Shown: piece after piece, positions 10,901 through 20,397 of the stretch
Numbering within the stretch: the first letter of the stretch is position 1
Layout of the letters: the number at the start of each line of letters is the position of its first letter
Source of the DNA: Candidatus Dojkabacteria bacterium
Lineage (GTDB): Bacteria; Patescibacteriota; Dojkabacteria; SC72
Direction: 5' to 3'
Assembly (NCBI GenBank): GCA_018056375.1
Contig: JAGPFQ010000002.1
Span: 11,344-75,343, forward strand
DNA: 64,000 bases
Made by a program: the position numbers and the translations under genes
Notes under the pieces: model-generated
The model's input: only the letters and a program-made list of their open reading frames with translations
Told to the model about the DNA's origin: nothing
The model's database searches: none

Positions 10901-11306
10901 CCCAAACAAGGTTACCGTAGGTATGAAATATGTTCTCAAACTAAAGCATATTGCAGATGAGAAAGTTCATGCAAGATCTACAGGACCATACACTGCAGTA
11001 TCTCAACAGCCACTTGGTGGAAAAGCACAGATGGGTGGACAAAGATTTGGAGAAATGGAAGTCTGGGCATTAGAAGCACACAGTGCACCATATGCACTAC
11101 AAGAAATGCTTACAATTAAGTCAGATGATATCAAGGGAAGATCATCTGCGTATAAAGCTATTATCCATGGGGATAAAATAGAGAATGTAAATGTCCCTGA
11201 ATCATTCAAAGTCTTAGTCAAAGAACTAAATGCACTTTGTTTGAATATTGATTTAATTTCAAACCAAACAGAAGAAGAGGAGGTTGAAGAAAATGAGGAA
11301 AAGTAA
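7941..11306 (+). CDS. rpoB: DNA-directed RNA polymerase subunit beta
   Basis: RpoB is colinear over its full length, with conserved blocks such as GGQRFGEMEVWALEAH. Confidence 0.95.
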   Translation: MLKPKTNHSGRLNLGLEYSGEFEFPNLIEAQINSFEAFKKDGFQEIFNEISPVKDNMEKMWTLEFKDFRYGDPYRDIDEAIKKGLSYEVPVYATVQLMNNKTGEIKEQEIFIADLPIMTDDGVFVFNGVRRVVTHQIVRAEGVLYEEADRLPMRTLYKARLMPGQGPWYEIDTNRHSVISMRILPKRPKVLITELLRVFGWETDEEIKKLFADVDTHEEYKYIEATLARDFTKSKEEAVISIYNKLRPDESVTLESAERYVKSNFFNVRKFNLGKIGRYQLNRKLGTTYDVNDPEQAVLYPNDIVLIIKRLIQLNNGEVEPDDIDHLSNRRIRSVGEILGRQLNGAVRRLEKNIKDKMSLYGQDSKVTPSMLVSTKPISASIQSFFGSNALSTFMDQVNILAELENKRKVTAGGPGGIAKERATFSIREVHNSHYSKFDPVTSPESASIGVVVQLAMLARINEYGFLEAPYREISHKVKNNKKELLNRILSEDIKKIAKAGDFIDEKLAEKIVKEKSIKEVSVKPFVTDNVKYLDAMDEENFRISSATIAKDEYGNITDTLLPIRYKGEFLLEDVSGVNYIDALAGQQAGLGMALIPFISHNDAMRALTGANQQRQAVPLIKQEAPLIGTGMEEVVARQSIWGVFAKEAGEVLSVDANKVTVKYEKEGVEDYKLTSFYRSNDNTCFVQKPILNVGDKFKKGDAIVDGPTMVNGEISIGTNLRAALMFFEGYNYEDSVIISDRIVKDDLLTSINIREHTVDIRDTELGPEIITADIPHVNDRILQKLDAEGIVMSGTQVKSGDILVGVVAPRGEKELTAEERLLRAIFGESASDVRDNSLRVPHGEGGIVIRSIVLSADKGDKLAPGVLHQVKVWVAETKKIGFGDKIAGRHGDKNTIAAVRPVEDMPFTEDGEPVDIVLTPTFLKRMNMAQATEVHFAKYAQDLGVKFAFPIFEGENMEWLEAEMKKHGYSMDQRVDLYDGRTGKKFPNKVTVGMKYVLKLKHIADEKVHARSTGPYTAVSQQPLGGKAQMGGQRFGEMEVWALEAHSAPYALQEMLTIKSDDIKGRSSAYKAIIHGDKIENVNVPESFKVLVKELNALCLNIDLISNQTEEEEVEENEEK

Positions 11307-14300
11307 AAATAAATTTGGAGACTTTGATGTCTTAAAAATTACTCTAGCATCTCCTGACCAGATATTAAACTGGTCATATGGTGAAGTTACAAAGGCTGAA
11401 ACTATTAACTATAGAACATTTAGAGCTGAGCCAGAAGGTCTCTTCTGTGAGAAGATTTTTGGTCCAACAAAGAACTATGAATGTTACTGTGGAAAATACA
11501 AAAAGATTAGATACAAAGGAATAGTTTGTGATAAGTGTGGAGTAGAAGTAACAACTTCTGATGTTAGAAGAGAGAGGATGGGTCATATTGATTTGGCAAT
11601 TCCAGTTGCACATGTTTGGTATGCGTTTGGAATTCCTAATAAAATGTCTATCACTTTAAATATCCCACATAAGAGGATTCTTTCGGTTGTGTATTACACA
11701 AGATACATGGTCATTACTCTAGATGATGATAAGAGAAAAGAAACTCTTGAGAAGGTTTTAGCTTTAAAGGATACAGAATTAAAGGATTTGAAAGAAGATT
11801 TAGAGAGTGAATTAGTTTTGGTTGCAGATAGTTTTGAAGATGAAATTAAATCTTTGAAGAAATCAAAAGAAAAAGGTGCTGAACTTAAATTGAGTCAAAG
11901 TGAGCATAGAAGGAAACAGGCTTTAGCAAAAGTGAGAAGAGATTTTGCAGAGAGGGAAGAAGAACTTGAAGTATTTTACTCAAAACTTTATCAGTTAGTT
12001 GAAAAGATGCATGTTGGTACTGTTCTTTCTGAGGACGAATATTCTGATTTGGTTGATAGAGAGCTAGTATTCTTTGAAGCAATGATGGGTGCAGAAGCTA
12101 TTGAAAAGTTATTAGAGAATTTAGATCTTGAAGGAGAACTTAAAAAATTGAAAAAACTTTCTAGAAAAGAGAAGGGTGAAAAGAGAATGTCAACTATTAG
12201 AAGGATACAATATCTTGAAGGCTTCTTTAAGAATGGTATTAAACCAGAGTGGATGGTACTAAGAACACTACCAGTACTTCCACCAGAACTAAGACCAATT
12301 ATTCCTCTTTCAGGTGGTAAATTTGCAACTTCTGACCTTAACGACCTTTACAGAAGAATTATTAATAGGAACAATAGGTTAAACAGATTAATTGAAATTG
12401 GTGCTCCTGATGTTATTCTTAGAAATGAGAAGAGGATGTTACAGGAAGCTGTTGATGCTTTGATAGATAACTCTCATAGGCCTTCTAAACCAATGATGAA
12501 CAACAAGAGATTACCATATCAATCATTGACAGACGACCTTAGAGGAAAGAAAGGTATATTTAGAAAGAATCTTTTAGGAAAAAGAGTCGACTATTCAGGT
12601 AGGGCTGTCATTGATGGTGACCCAAGTCTTAAGTTTGATCAGTGTGGTATTCCAAAGTCAGTTGCACTGGAGATGTTTAAACCTTTTGTAATTTTTAAAC
12701 TTTTAGACAAAGAGTTAGCTCCTAATGTAAGGGTGGCAAGAGAGATGATAGAAGAAGAGGAAGAAGTTATTTGGGACTTATTAGAAGAAGTTATTAAGAA
12801 CAAACCAGTATTACTAAATAGGGCACCAACACTACATAAATACAGTGTACAAGCCTTCTATCCAAAGCTTGTGGAAGGTGAAGCTATTAGAATTCATCCA
12901 TTGGTATGTAAGGCTTTTAATGCAGACTTCGATGGAGACCAGATGGCTGTTCATGTACTTTTGACAGATGAAGCGATTGAGGAAGCTAAGAAAGAAATGA
13001 TGAGTTCTTTGAATATTGTAAACATTTCAAATGGTCAGGTATTAGCATCTCCAGCAAAAGATATGTTGATAGGTTTCTACTTAATGACAGATTTAGTAAA
13101 GAGTAAAAAACCTAAGATATTTGCAACTGAGAACTTAGCTAGAAAAGCATATGAAAGAGATGAAATCACTATTAGTGAAGAAATTATTGTAGGTATAGAT
13201 GGAAAAGCTGTTAACACCTCTGTTGGTAGAGTGATATTTAATAGTATTCTTCCAGAAGGAATAGAGTTTGTAAATGAAAAGATAGGTATTAAAGGTATAA
13301 GGAAGATAATTGATAAGGTGAAAAACACTCATGAATTATCAGATTTGGTGGAATTGTTAGATAATATGAAATCTCTTGGATTTAAGTATGCTACTGACTT
13401 AGCGTTCTCTTTTGCTATGGAAGATTGCAATGTAGATTTTGATACTAGGACTGAAATTAAGAAAATGGAAGAGAAGGATGAACAGTTACAAGAGAACTAC
13501 ATGCAAGGTTTGATGACCAAACGAGAGATGATTAATATCTCTACAAATATGTGGGATGATTTCTCCGAGGAATTAGCAGAGCAGGCATGGCAGGCATTAC
13601 CAGAAGATAACTCAATTTACCAAATGGTAGAGTCTGGTGGTAATGGAGGAAAAATTCAAGCAAGGCAGGTTTTAACAATTAAAGGTGTTGTTAGAGACTC
13701 TAGAGGTAATCTAGTTGCTATGCCAATTAAGAGTAACTATAGAGATGGTTTAAGTGCATTTGAGTATTTTGTAGCTGCAAATGGTGGTAGAAAAGGTATT
13801 GCAGATAGATCACTTAAGACATCTTCTTCTGGTTACTTAACAAGAAAACTTGTTGATGTAGCTCATGATGTGATTATAAGACAAGATGATTGTGGTTATG
13901 ATGGTCATGGACTTTCAATAGGGAGGAATGATAATAGAAGGATTGAATTTAAGGACAGAATCTTTGGAAGAGTCTTAGCTCAAGATGTCGTTTTGGACAA
14001 GGAAGTTATTGGTAAGAAGAATCAGATAATAGATCAAGAATTGTCTGAGAAGATTGATGAGTCAGGTATTGAGGAGGTCTTTGTAAGAAGTCCTCTTACA
14101 TGTAAATCACCTCTTGGTATGTGTAAGAAGTGTTATGGATATAGTCTTGAGAATAACAAGGAAATAGATATGGGTAGAGCAGTAGGTGTAATTGCAGCTC
14201 AGTCAATTGGAGAGCCAGGAACACAGATGACTATGCAAACATTCCATAGAGGAGGTGTTGCAAAGGTTGATATTACTCAAGGTCTACCAAGAATAGAAGA

Positions 14301-15174
14301 GTTGTTTGAGGCAAGAACACCAAAAGCTGAGGCAGAGATGGCCTCTATTGATGGAAAGGTACATATCGAACATGCCGAAGATGATTCTGCAACAATCTTT
14401 ATATCAGGAGAGAAGAAGATTTCAAGAAAATATGTTGTTTCTAAAGCAAAGAAGATATTGGTTGAAGATAAGCAGGAAGTTAAGTTAGGACAAGTAATGT
14501 ATATTGATTCTGATGAGACAGAGAAACAAGCACCTGTAGATGGAGTAGTTTCTCTTGAAGGAGGAATCTTAACTGTAACTGGAAGTAGCAAAGCAGAAGA
14601 AACAATATCTGTATTACCAGGTATTGGTATATTAGTGGAGGAGGGAGCTACTATTACTGCTGGTACACAACTAACAGAAGGTTCTCTTGATCCTAAGAAG
14701 CTTGCCGAAGTTACAGAAATGTCTAATGTACAGAAGTATATACTTGATGAGGTACAGAAGGTATTTAATGACCAAGGTGTTTCTATAGATGATATCCATA
14801 TAGAGATTATCTTAAGACAGATGGTAAGGCTGGGTAGAGTTGTAGATGCAGGAGATTCTGGCTATCTTGTTGGTTCCTATGTAAACAGATTCATAGCTGA
14901 TCTTAAGAACGAAATATTGGTTAAAGAAGGGAAGAACAAAGCTTTGATTCTTCCAAGACTATATGGTATAAAGACATCGTCTTTGAATACGGAAAGTTTC
15001 CTCTCTGCAATGTCATTCCAGGAGCAGGTAAGAGTTCTAACACACTCTGCAATATTAGGTAAAACAGATTACCTAAGAGGTATGAAAGAGAATGTCATTA
15101 TTGGTAAATTAATACCATCTGGAGAGGAAGCAGAGATTGAAAATGTATATGAGCTCGAAGAGCTTCAAGTTTAA
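11284..15174 (+). CDS. rpoC: DNA-directed RNA polymerase subunit beta' (overlaps the rpoB 3' end by 23 nt; an alternative ATG is at 11293)
   Basis: The NADFDGDQM catalytic motif is present. The zinc-binding N-terminus reads CEKIFGP...CYCGKYK. Confidence 0.95.
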   Translation: MKKMRKSKNKFGDFDVLKITLASPDQILNWSYGEVTKAETINYRTFRAEPEGLFCEKIFGPTKNYECYCGKYKKIRYKGIVCDKCGVEVTTSDVRRERMGHIDLAIPVAHVWYAFGIPNKMSITLNIPHKRILSVVYYTRYMVITLDDDKRKETLEKVLALKDTELKDLKEDLESELVLVADSFEDEIKSLKKSKEKGAELKLSQSEHRRKQALAKVRRDFAEREEELEVFYSKLYQLVEKMHVGTVLSEDEYSDLVDRELVFFEAMMGAEAIEKLLENLDLEGELKKLKKLSRKEKGEKRMSTIRRIQYLEGFFKNGIKPEWMVLRTLPVLPPELRPIIPLSGGKFATSDLNDLYRRIINRNNRLNRLIEIGAPDVILRNEKRMLQEAVDALIDNSHRPSKPMMNNKRLPYQSLTDDLRGKKGIFRKNLLGKRVDYSGRAVIDGDPSLKFDQCGIPKSVALEMFKPFVIFKLLDKELAPNVRVAREMIEEEEEVIWDLLEEVIKNKPVLLNRAPTLHKYSVQAFYPKLVEGEAIRIHPLVCKAFNADFDGDQMAVHVLLTDEAIEEAKKEMMSSLNIVNISNGQVLASPAKDMLIGFYLMTDLVKSKKPKIFATENLARKAYERDEITISEEIIVGIDGKAVNTSVGRVIFNSILPEGIEFVNEKIGIKGIRKIIDKVKNTHELSDLVELLDNMKSLGFKYATDLAFSFAMEDCNVDFDTRTEIKKMEEKDEQLQENYMQGLMTKREMINISTNMWDDFSEELAEQAWQALPEDNSIYQMVESGGNGGKIQARQVLTIKGVVRDSRGNLVAMPIKSNYRDGLSAFEYFVAANGGRKGIADRSLKTSSSGYLTRKLVDVAHDVIIRQDDCGYDGHGLSIGRNDNRRIEFKDRIFGRVLAQDVVLDKEVIGKKNQIIDQELSEKIDESGIEEVFVRSPLTCKSPLGMCKKCYGYSLENNKEIDMGRAVGVIAAQSIGEPGTQMTMQTFHRGGVAKVDITQGLPRIEELFEARTPKAEAEMASIDGKVHIEHAEDDSATIFISGEKKISRKYVVSKAKKILVEDKQEVKLGQVMYIDSDETEKQAPVDGVVSLEGGILTVTGSSKAEETISVLPGIGILVEEGATITAGTQLTEGSLDPKKLAEVTEMSNVQKYILDEVQKVFNDQGVSIDDIHIEIILRQMVRLGRVVDAGDSGYLVGSYVNRFIADLKNEILVKEGKNKALILPRLYGIKTSSLNTESFLSAMSFQEQVRVLTHSAILGKTDYLRGMKENVIIGKLIPSGEEAEIENVYELEELQV

Positions 15175-15199
15175 TTGATTTTGTTGTATAATACACACC

Positions 15200-15622
15200 A
15201 TGCCAACTATAAACCAGTTAGTAAGAAAACCTAGAAAATCTGCAAAGAAGAAGACCAAGCATATTCAACTTGCTAGGAACTTCAATCCTTTGAAGAACAG
15301 ATACAAAAATACATCCAATCCTTTTAAGAGAGGTGTGTGTCTTCAGGTAAGAACAATGACACCTAAGAAGCCTAACTCAGCGCTTCGAAAGGTTGCTAGG
15401 GTAAGGATGTCTAACGGAATGGAAGTAACTGCTTACATTCCAGGAGAAGGTCATAATCTTCAAGAGCACTCTGTTGTTTTACTTAAAGCGGGGAAGAAGA
15501 GAGACTTACCAGGTGTAAAATATATTGTAGTACGAGGTAAGTATGATGCTGCAGGTGTTAAAGGAAGGAAGAAAGCAAGATCTAAATATGGAGTTAAAAG
15601 AGAGGAGACAGAGTCAGAATAG
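15200..15622 (+). CDS. rpsL: 30S ribosomal protein S12
   Basis: [13 protein letters not shown] ... [11 protein letters not shown] is the canonical S12 sequence. Confidence 0.95.
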   Translation: MPTINQLVRKPRKSAKKKTKHIQLARNFNPLKNRYKNTSNPFKRGVCLQVRTMTPKKPNSALRKVARVRMSNGMEVTAYIPGEGHNLQEHSVVLLKAGKKRDLPGVKYIVVRGKYDAAGVKGRKKARSKYGVKREETESE

Positions 15623-15643
15623 TTTTAATTATGTATTTTTAAT

Positions 15644-16114
15644 ATGAGAGGAAAAAGAGCTAAAAAAAGGGAGATAAAGTTAGATAGGAAATATTCCAAC
15701 CCTATCATTGCAAGATTTATCAGCAAAGTTATGCTAGATGGAAAGAAGAGTCTTTCAGAGGCTTTGGTGTATGCAGCTATTGAAAGTGGAGCAGAAGCAG
15801 TTAAAGAGAAGGATGTTGTAGCTTTTGTTGATAAAGCTATTGATAATGTAAGACCAGCACTTGAGATTAAAGCGAGAAGGGTAGGTGGTGCTAACTATCA
15901 AGTTCCAGTACCTGTTTCTCCAAAGAGACAGGAAGTATTAGCTGTAAGATGGATAGTAGATGCTGCTAGAAAGAAAAGTGGTAAGTCTTTTGATGAAATA
16001 TTGAAAGATTTACTAATAGATTCATATAAAGGAGAAGGTGATGCTGTTAAGAAGAAGGAAGAAGTTGAGAGAATGGCTGAAGCTAACAAGGCATTTGCAC
16101 ACTTTAGATGGTAA
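15644..16114 (+). CDS. rpsG: 30S ribosomal protein S7
   Basis: ARRVGGANYQVPVPV is the S7 signature. The gene follows rpsL as in the str operon. Confidence 0.95.
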   Translation: MRGKRAKKREIKLDRKYSNPIIARFISKVMLDGKKSLSEALVYAAIESGAEAVKEKDVVAFVDKAIDNVRPALEIKARRVGGANYQVPVPVSPKRQEVLAVRWIVDAARKKSGKSFDEILKDLLIDSYKGEGDAVKKKEEVERMAEANKAFAHFRW

Positions 16115-16143
16115 CATTTATATGTTAAATTTGGATTGGGATG

Positions 16144-16171
16144 GAGAGGTGTAAAAGCCTCTCTTTTTTTT
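16144..16171 (+). terminator. Rho-independent terminator after rpsG (ggagagg-tgtaaaag-cctctc followed by T8)
   Basis: A perfect 6-7 bp stem is followed by tttttttt. It sits where fusA would normally follow. Confidence 0.55.
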
Positions 16172-16176
16172 ACAGA

Positions 16177-16205
16177 TTGACAATCGACTGATATACGACT
16201 AACAT
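16177..16205 (+). promoter_or_regulatory. Candidate sigma70-type promoter for the Fic gene (TTGACA-N17-TAACAT). The -10 element ends 6 nt before the ATG, so the mRNA may be leaderless
   Basis: The hexamers were read directly from the sequence. Short direct repeats (cgact x3) lie in the spacer. Confidence 0.35.
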
Positions 16206-16211
16206 ACGACT

Positions 16212-17252
16212 ATGTTTAAACCAAAATATACTCTAACTAACTCCCTCTTAATCAACATTCGTAAAGTTGGAGAGTTAATAGGGGAGTTAAATAGTAAACA
16301 ATTAACAGAAACCGTATTTTTCAACTTGGAGAAAAAAGCCAGAATACTCTCTTCTTTTACATCTACTAAAATAGAGGGGAATCCATTATCACTCACTGAT
16401 GTCAAGATTATTCTTAAAACAAAACCTAAGAATATTAAAGATACAGAGAAAGAAGTAATTAACTACAATGATGTTGTAGTAATGTTAAACGACGAGATTA
16501 AGAATACAAAAGATTTAATCCTTTCAGATAAACTAATATGTAAGATACAAGGTATTGTTACAAAAGGCTTACTTTCTTCTTCATATAGAGGGAAATATAG
16601 AAAAGAACCAGTATTTGTGAATAATCCTTTGACAAGAGAAACAATATATTGGCCTCCTGATGCAAAAGATGTGAAAAAGTTAATGAAAGAGTTAATAGAT
16701 TTTGTAAATAAATCAGAAGGGAAGATAGATCCTTTGATTCTAGCAGGTATTTTTCACAAACAATCAGTTGTAATTCATCCATTTATGGATGGGAATGGAA
16801 GGACTACAAGGTTAGTTACTAAAACATTACTTGCTAAGTTAGGTATAAATACATTTCCTTTGTTTAGTTTTGAAAATTACTACAACAAAGATGTGTCTAA
16901 ATATTTTCAAAAGGTAGGGGTTATTGGTAACTATTACGATATAGCCAATGATTTGGACTTTACAGAGTGGTTAGAGTACTTTGTTGAAGGGATTTTAGAT
17001 GAATTGAATAGAGTTAAGAAAGATTTACCTAGATATAAAGAGAGATTAGAGCCTCATGAGAAGAAGATTGTAGAGTACTTGAGGGATAACGGTTCAATAT
17101 CTTCTTATGAGTACTATAAAATTAGTAAGAGGGCTAAATCTACAAGAATCAAAGATTTTAGAATGTTAAGAGATAGGGGTATTATCAAACCTGTAGGACA
17201 AGGAAAGGCAACATATTATGTATTAGATAATGACTATTGGTTTTTGGAGTAA
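16212..17252 (+). CDS. Fic/Fido-domain AMPylase-type protein, class II, with an N-terminal inhibitory-helix motif
   Basis: The canonical Fic motif is HPFMDGNGRTTR (HxFx(D/E)GNGRxxR). The N-terminal STKIEG matches (S/T)xxxE(G/N). The C-terminal region is consistent with a winged HTH. Confidence 0.85.
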   Translation: MFKPKYTLTNSLLINIRKVGELIGELNSKQLTETVFFNLEKKARILSSFTSTKIEGNPLSLTDVKIILKTKPKNIKDTEKEVINYNDVVVMLNDEIKNTKDLILSDKLICKIQGIVTKGLLSSSYRGKYRKEPVFVNNPLTRETIYWPPDAKDVKKLMKELIDFVNKSEGKIDPLILAGIFHKQSVVIHPFMDGNGRTTRLVTKTLLAKLGINTFPLFSFENYYNKDVSKYFQKVGVIGNYYDIANDLDFTEWLEYFVEGILDELNRVKKDLPRYKERLEPHEKKIVEYLRDNGSISSYEYYKISKRAKSTRIKDFRMLRDRGIIKPVGQGKATYYVLDNDYWFLE

Positions 17253-17253
17253 C

Positions 17254-17964
17254 CTATTCGATTCCCAGTATAGGTAATATCTCTTGGATATCTTTAATAA
17301 TATGATCAGGTTTGACTATCATATCTTCTGGAATGGGTTTGCTGTCTTTGTTCATCCATATCGTATCTATACCAAAGTTCTTTCCACCAACCATATCTGC
17401 ATTGAAACTATCACCTAGGAAAATAGCATCCTTTTTCTCGCATCCAGCTTTATATAACGCTAGTTCAAATATAGGGCTTTCTGGTTTTGTATCTACAACT
17501 TCTTCAGAGGTCACTAACAAATCAATGTAAGGAGAAAGTTTGGCTGTATCAATCTTTCTTAATTTATCTAGAGTAGTACCATTTGATATTATTACAATTC
17601 TCATTCCGCTATCTCTAACTTTTTGTAAAACCTCATATGTGTGTGGATATGCTTGAAGATAAGTATTAACTCTTGACCAGTATATATCATGGAGTTGTAA
17701 AACTAGATTTGCATCAAAAGAAATCTTCAATTTCTCAAGTAATCTCATGAAGAGTATAGCTCTTTGGCGGGAGAGGGTTTTATGTTTAAAGTTTTCTTTT
17801 AGTTCAGTCTTTACATCTAAAAAAGACTTTTTAAAAGACTCTAAACTAACCTCAGGGAGAGATTTTTGCAAATGTTCCCAAGCAGAGAGTATTGCTCCTT
17901 CATACAGACGTGAAGAATCAATAAGAGTGTTATCGAGGTCTGTGAAAAGATATTTATATTTCAT
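17254..17964 (-). CDS. HAD-IA family hydrolase (5'-nucleotidase-like), paralog A
   Basis: Motif I is FTDLDNTL (DxDxT). Motif II is VIISNGT. Motif IV is GDSFNADMVGG. Confidence 0.75.
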   Translation of the reverse strand: MKYKYLFTDLDNTLIDSSRLYEGAILSAWEHLQKSLPEVSLESFKKSFLDVKTELKENFKHKTLSRQRAILFMRLLEKLKISFDANLVLQLHDIYWSRVNTYLQAYPHTYEVLQKVRDSGMRIVIISNGTTLDKLRKIDTAKLSPYIDLLVTSEEVVDTKPESPIFELALYKAGCEKKDAIFLGDSFNADMVGGKNFGIDTIWMNKDSKPIPEDMIVKPDHIIKDIQEILPILGIE

Positions 17965-18014
17965 GTCAATACTGTTAAATTGTTATCCTGAGGCTTTAAA
18001 TATTATCTTTTACT

Positions 18015-18722
18015 TTAGATACCTAGTATAGGGAGTATCTCTTGAATGTCTTTAATAATGTAATCAGGTGTAACTGACATGTCTTTAGGAATAGGTTCCT
18101 CCTCTTTATTCATCCATATAGTATCTATACCAAATGATTCACCACCAAAGACATCTGCTTTGAAACTATTTCCAAGGAAGATAACATCTTTTTTCTCACA
18201 ACCTGATTTCTGTAATGCCAGTTCAAACACAGCACTCTTGGGTTTGGTATCTATAACTTCTTCAGAAGCTACTAGCAAATCAATGTAGGGAGAAAGTTTG
18301 ACTGCATCAATTTTCTCCAGTCTGTCTACAATAGTTCCATCAGATAGTGCAAGCACTCCGATTCCGTTGTCTCTAACTTTTTGTAGGACCTCGTAGGTAT
18401 GTGGAAATGGTTGGATGTAAGTATTAACTGTAAACCAATATATGTCATGAAGTTGTAAAACTAAACTTGCATCGAAGGAGATATTGAACCTCTCAAGTAA
18501 TCTCATAAATAATATAGCTCTTTGATGAGAAAGGGTTGTATATTTGTACTTTTCTTTTAATTCAGTTCTAACCTCTAAGAATGTGTTTTTAAATAAATCT
18601 AAATCAATCTCAGGATGAAACTTTCTAAAATGTTGCCAAGCAAGGAAGACTGCGCCCTCATAAAGACTTGAAGAATCGAAGAGAGTATCGTCAAGATCCG
18701 TGAAAAGATATTTATACTTCAT
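18015..18722 (-). CDS. HAD-IA family hydrolase, paralog B (tandem duplicate of 17254..17964)
   Basis: It has the same MKYKYLFTDLDDTL start and the same motif set. It is roughly 60 percent identical to paralog A by eye. Confidence 0.75.
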   Translation of the reverse strand: MKYKYLFTDLDDTLFDSSSLYEGAVFLAWQHFRKFHPEIDLDLFKNTFLEVRTELKEKYKYTTLSHQRAILFMRLLERFNISFDASLVLQLHDIYWFTVNTYIQPFPHTYEVLQKVRDNGIGVLALSDGTIVDRLEKIDAVKLSPYIDLLVASEEVIDTKPKSAVFELALQKSGCEKKDVIFLGNSFKADVFGGESFGIDTIWMNKEEEPIPKDMSVTPDYIIKDIQEILPILGI

Positions 18723-18780
18723 GTTTTATATGATTAAGTTATTATCATATAGTACAATATGTAGTTTTTTTTACAATCGT

Positions 18781-19713
18781 TTATTTAGTACTCTCTATCC
18801 TCTCCCAACCACTTTTAGGCATATCTTTCTTCAGAACTTTTCTTTCCCAAAATATCTTTATCCATGTAATAAGTCTTGCTGGAAATAGCATTAAAGACCA
18901 TATGAATTCTTTAAAGTTTCTAGCATATTTCAATACAAATCCAGCATATTCTAACTCAATCCAAAAACTTCTAGTTTGTTTATCCTTTTGGAAAACACCC
19001 ATCTGTTCAAGTTGAGTAAAACCTCCTACAGATCTAACTTTCTGTTTAAGGTAATCTTTAAAATTAGCTGGGTATTTAACATAACAGATGGCTTTAGGAG
19101 CATACCCAACTTCTAGTCCGTTATTTCTAATAGTATATGATATGTATGCATCATCAGAGAGTGTGTTAGAAGGTAATTTAAGATTTTTATTCCTAACTGC
19201 CATGATATATCCACTCATAGGATAGAATGTTTCATCGCTTACATAATAATCCTTTACTTTGTTTGCAGTATTAATTCTCTTGTCATGTGCTGAATCAGAG
19301 AGTAGATGTCCCCAATATCCAAACATATTATCTCTTTTATCTTTTGATACAGGTCTTCCACCAACACCACCAACTTTGCTATCTTCAAATGGCTTGAGTA
19401 ATTCTTTAACAGCATTCTTTTCAAAATGAGTATCGCCATCTGTTAGTATTAAGATATCCCCCTTAGCCTTTTTAAAAGCCATTTTTAAAGCATAAGGTTT
19501 ACCTTTTCTAGGGTCTTTAATTTGAATGAATTTCTTTCCCAGTCTATACTTTTTTGCTTCTCTTAAACCTGCATCTAAGGTTTCTTTATCAGGGGATACT
19601 TGTATTATTTCGAACTGTGTTGGTATACCTGAGTATTTCCTGTTACCTATTGCAGCAATACAGCGTCCAATAGTCTTGGGCTCTTTAAATGAAGTTATTA
19701 TTACAGAAACCAT
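18781..19713 (-). CDS. Family 2 glycosyltransferase with a C-terminal membrane segment
   Basis: The GT-A fold N-terminus reads VIITSFKEPKTIGRCIAAI. The DGD motif is in ILILTDGDTHF. The C-terminus is hydrophobic (WIELEYAGFVLKY...LMLFPARLITWIKIFW). Confidence 0.75.
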   Translation of the reverse strand: MVSVIITSFKEPKTIGRCIAAIGNRKYSGIPTQFEIIQVSPDKETLDAGLREAKKYRLGKKFIQIKDPRKGKPYALKMAFKKAKGDILILTDGDTHFEKNAVKELLKPFEDSKVGGVGGRPVSKDKRDNMFGYWGHLLSDSAHDKRINTANKVKDYYVSDETFYPMSGYIMAVRNKNLKLPSNTLSDDAYISYTIRNNGLEVGYAPKAICYVKYPANFKDYLKQKVRSVGGFTQLEQMGVFQKDKQTRSFWIELEYAGFVLKYARNFKEFIWSLMLFPARLITWIKIFWERKVLKKDMPKSGWERIESTK

Positions 19714-19734
19714 ATTGGCTTTTTATGTAATTAA

Positions 19735-20397
19735 TTATTCTTCTGCTTTCTCTTCAGTATCTTTCTCTTCAGTATCTTTCTCCGTACCTTCCTCACCTTC
19801 TGCTTCTTCAGTACCTTCTTCTGTTTCTTCGACAACGACTTCTTTCTGTAACTCTGTAATTGTTACAACAGTAGCATGTTTGAGTTCTTCATTAACCAAA
19901 GTGATAGTATCAGGGATATTTAAATCACTGATAGCTATTGATTGTCCTGGATGTTCTAACTTTGAGATATCAACCTCTATAAATGGAAGAAGGTCTTTAA
20001 CTTTACATCTTACCTCAATATCTTGGAGTACTTCGACTAAAACACCAAGATTGTTTTTGACTGCTGGTGCAATACCAACAATTTCAAATGGAATAGAGAA
20101 TACCATATCTTTACTCTCATCTATTTCAAAGAATGCAATATGTCTTAATTCATCATTGACAGGATTAATATCAATCTCTTTTACAATAGCTTTAAATGTT
20201 TTGCCTTCTAATTCTGCATCTAGAATGGTTGTAGAGGTAGCTTCTCTTGCTATTCTTTTTGCAGTGGTAGAGTCTAACATGATATTTTTGGATTCTGTTT
20301 TAGCATTGTATACAACAGCAGGGACGAATCCTTCGCTTAGCAAAACATTATTCTTTTTCCCATTTATATCTCTTTCGAGTAATTTGATTGTTTCCAT
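19735..20397 (-). CDS. rplY: 50S ribosomal protein L25 / general stress protein Ctc with an acidic C-terminal tail. The start is taken at METIKL; the ORF track extends 13 codons further upstream
   Basis: METIKLLERDINGKKNNVLLSEGFVPAVVYN matches the L25 N-terminus. The C-terminus is an E/T-rich low-complexity tail. Confidence 0.8.
   Translation of the reverse strand: METIKLLERDINGKKNNVLLSEGFVPAVVYNAKTESKNIMLDSTTAKRIAREATSTTILDAELEGKTFKAIVKEIDINPVNDELRHIAFFEIDESKDMVFSIPFEIVGIAPAVKNNLGVLVEVLQDIEVRCKVKDLLPFIEVDISKLEHPGQSIAISDLNIPDTITLVNEELKHATVVTITELQKEVVVEETEEGTEEAEGEEGTEKDTEEKDTEEKAEE

Noticed and set aside
5927-11221. Internal opposite-strand ORFs within ftsK (5927..6463, 7199..7567), rpoB (8408..8638, 9350..9676, 10547..10813, 11003..11221) and similar ones in rpoC, dnaK, murJ and clpC
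   Set aside because: They are embedded in well-supported conserved genes on the other strand and are typical shadow ORFs.
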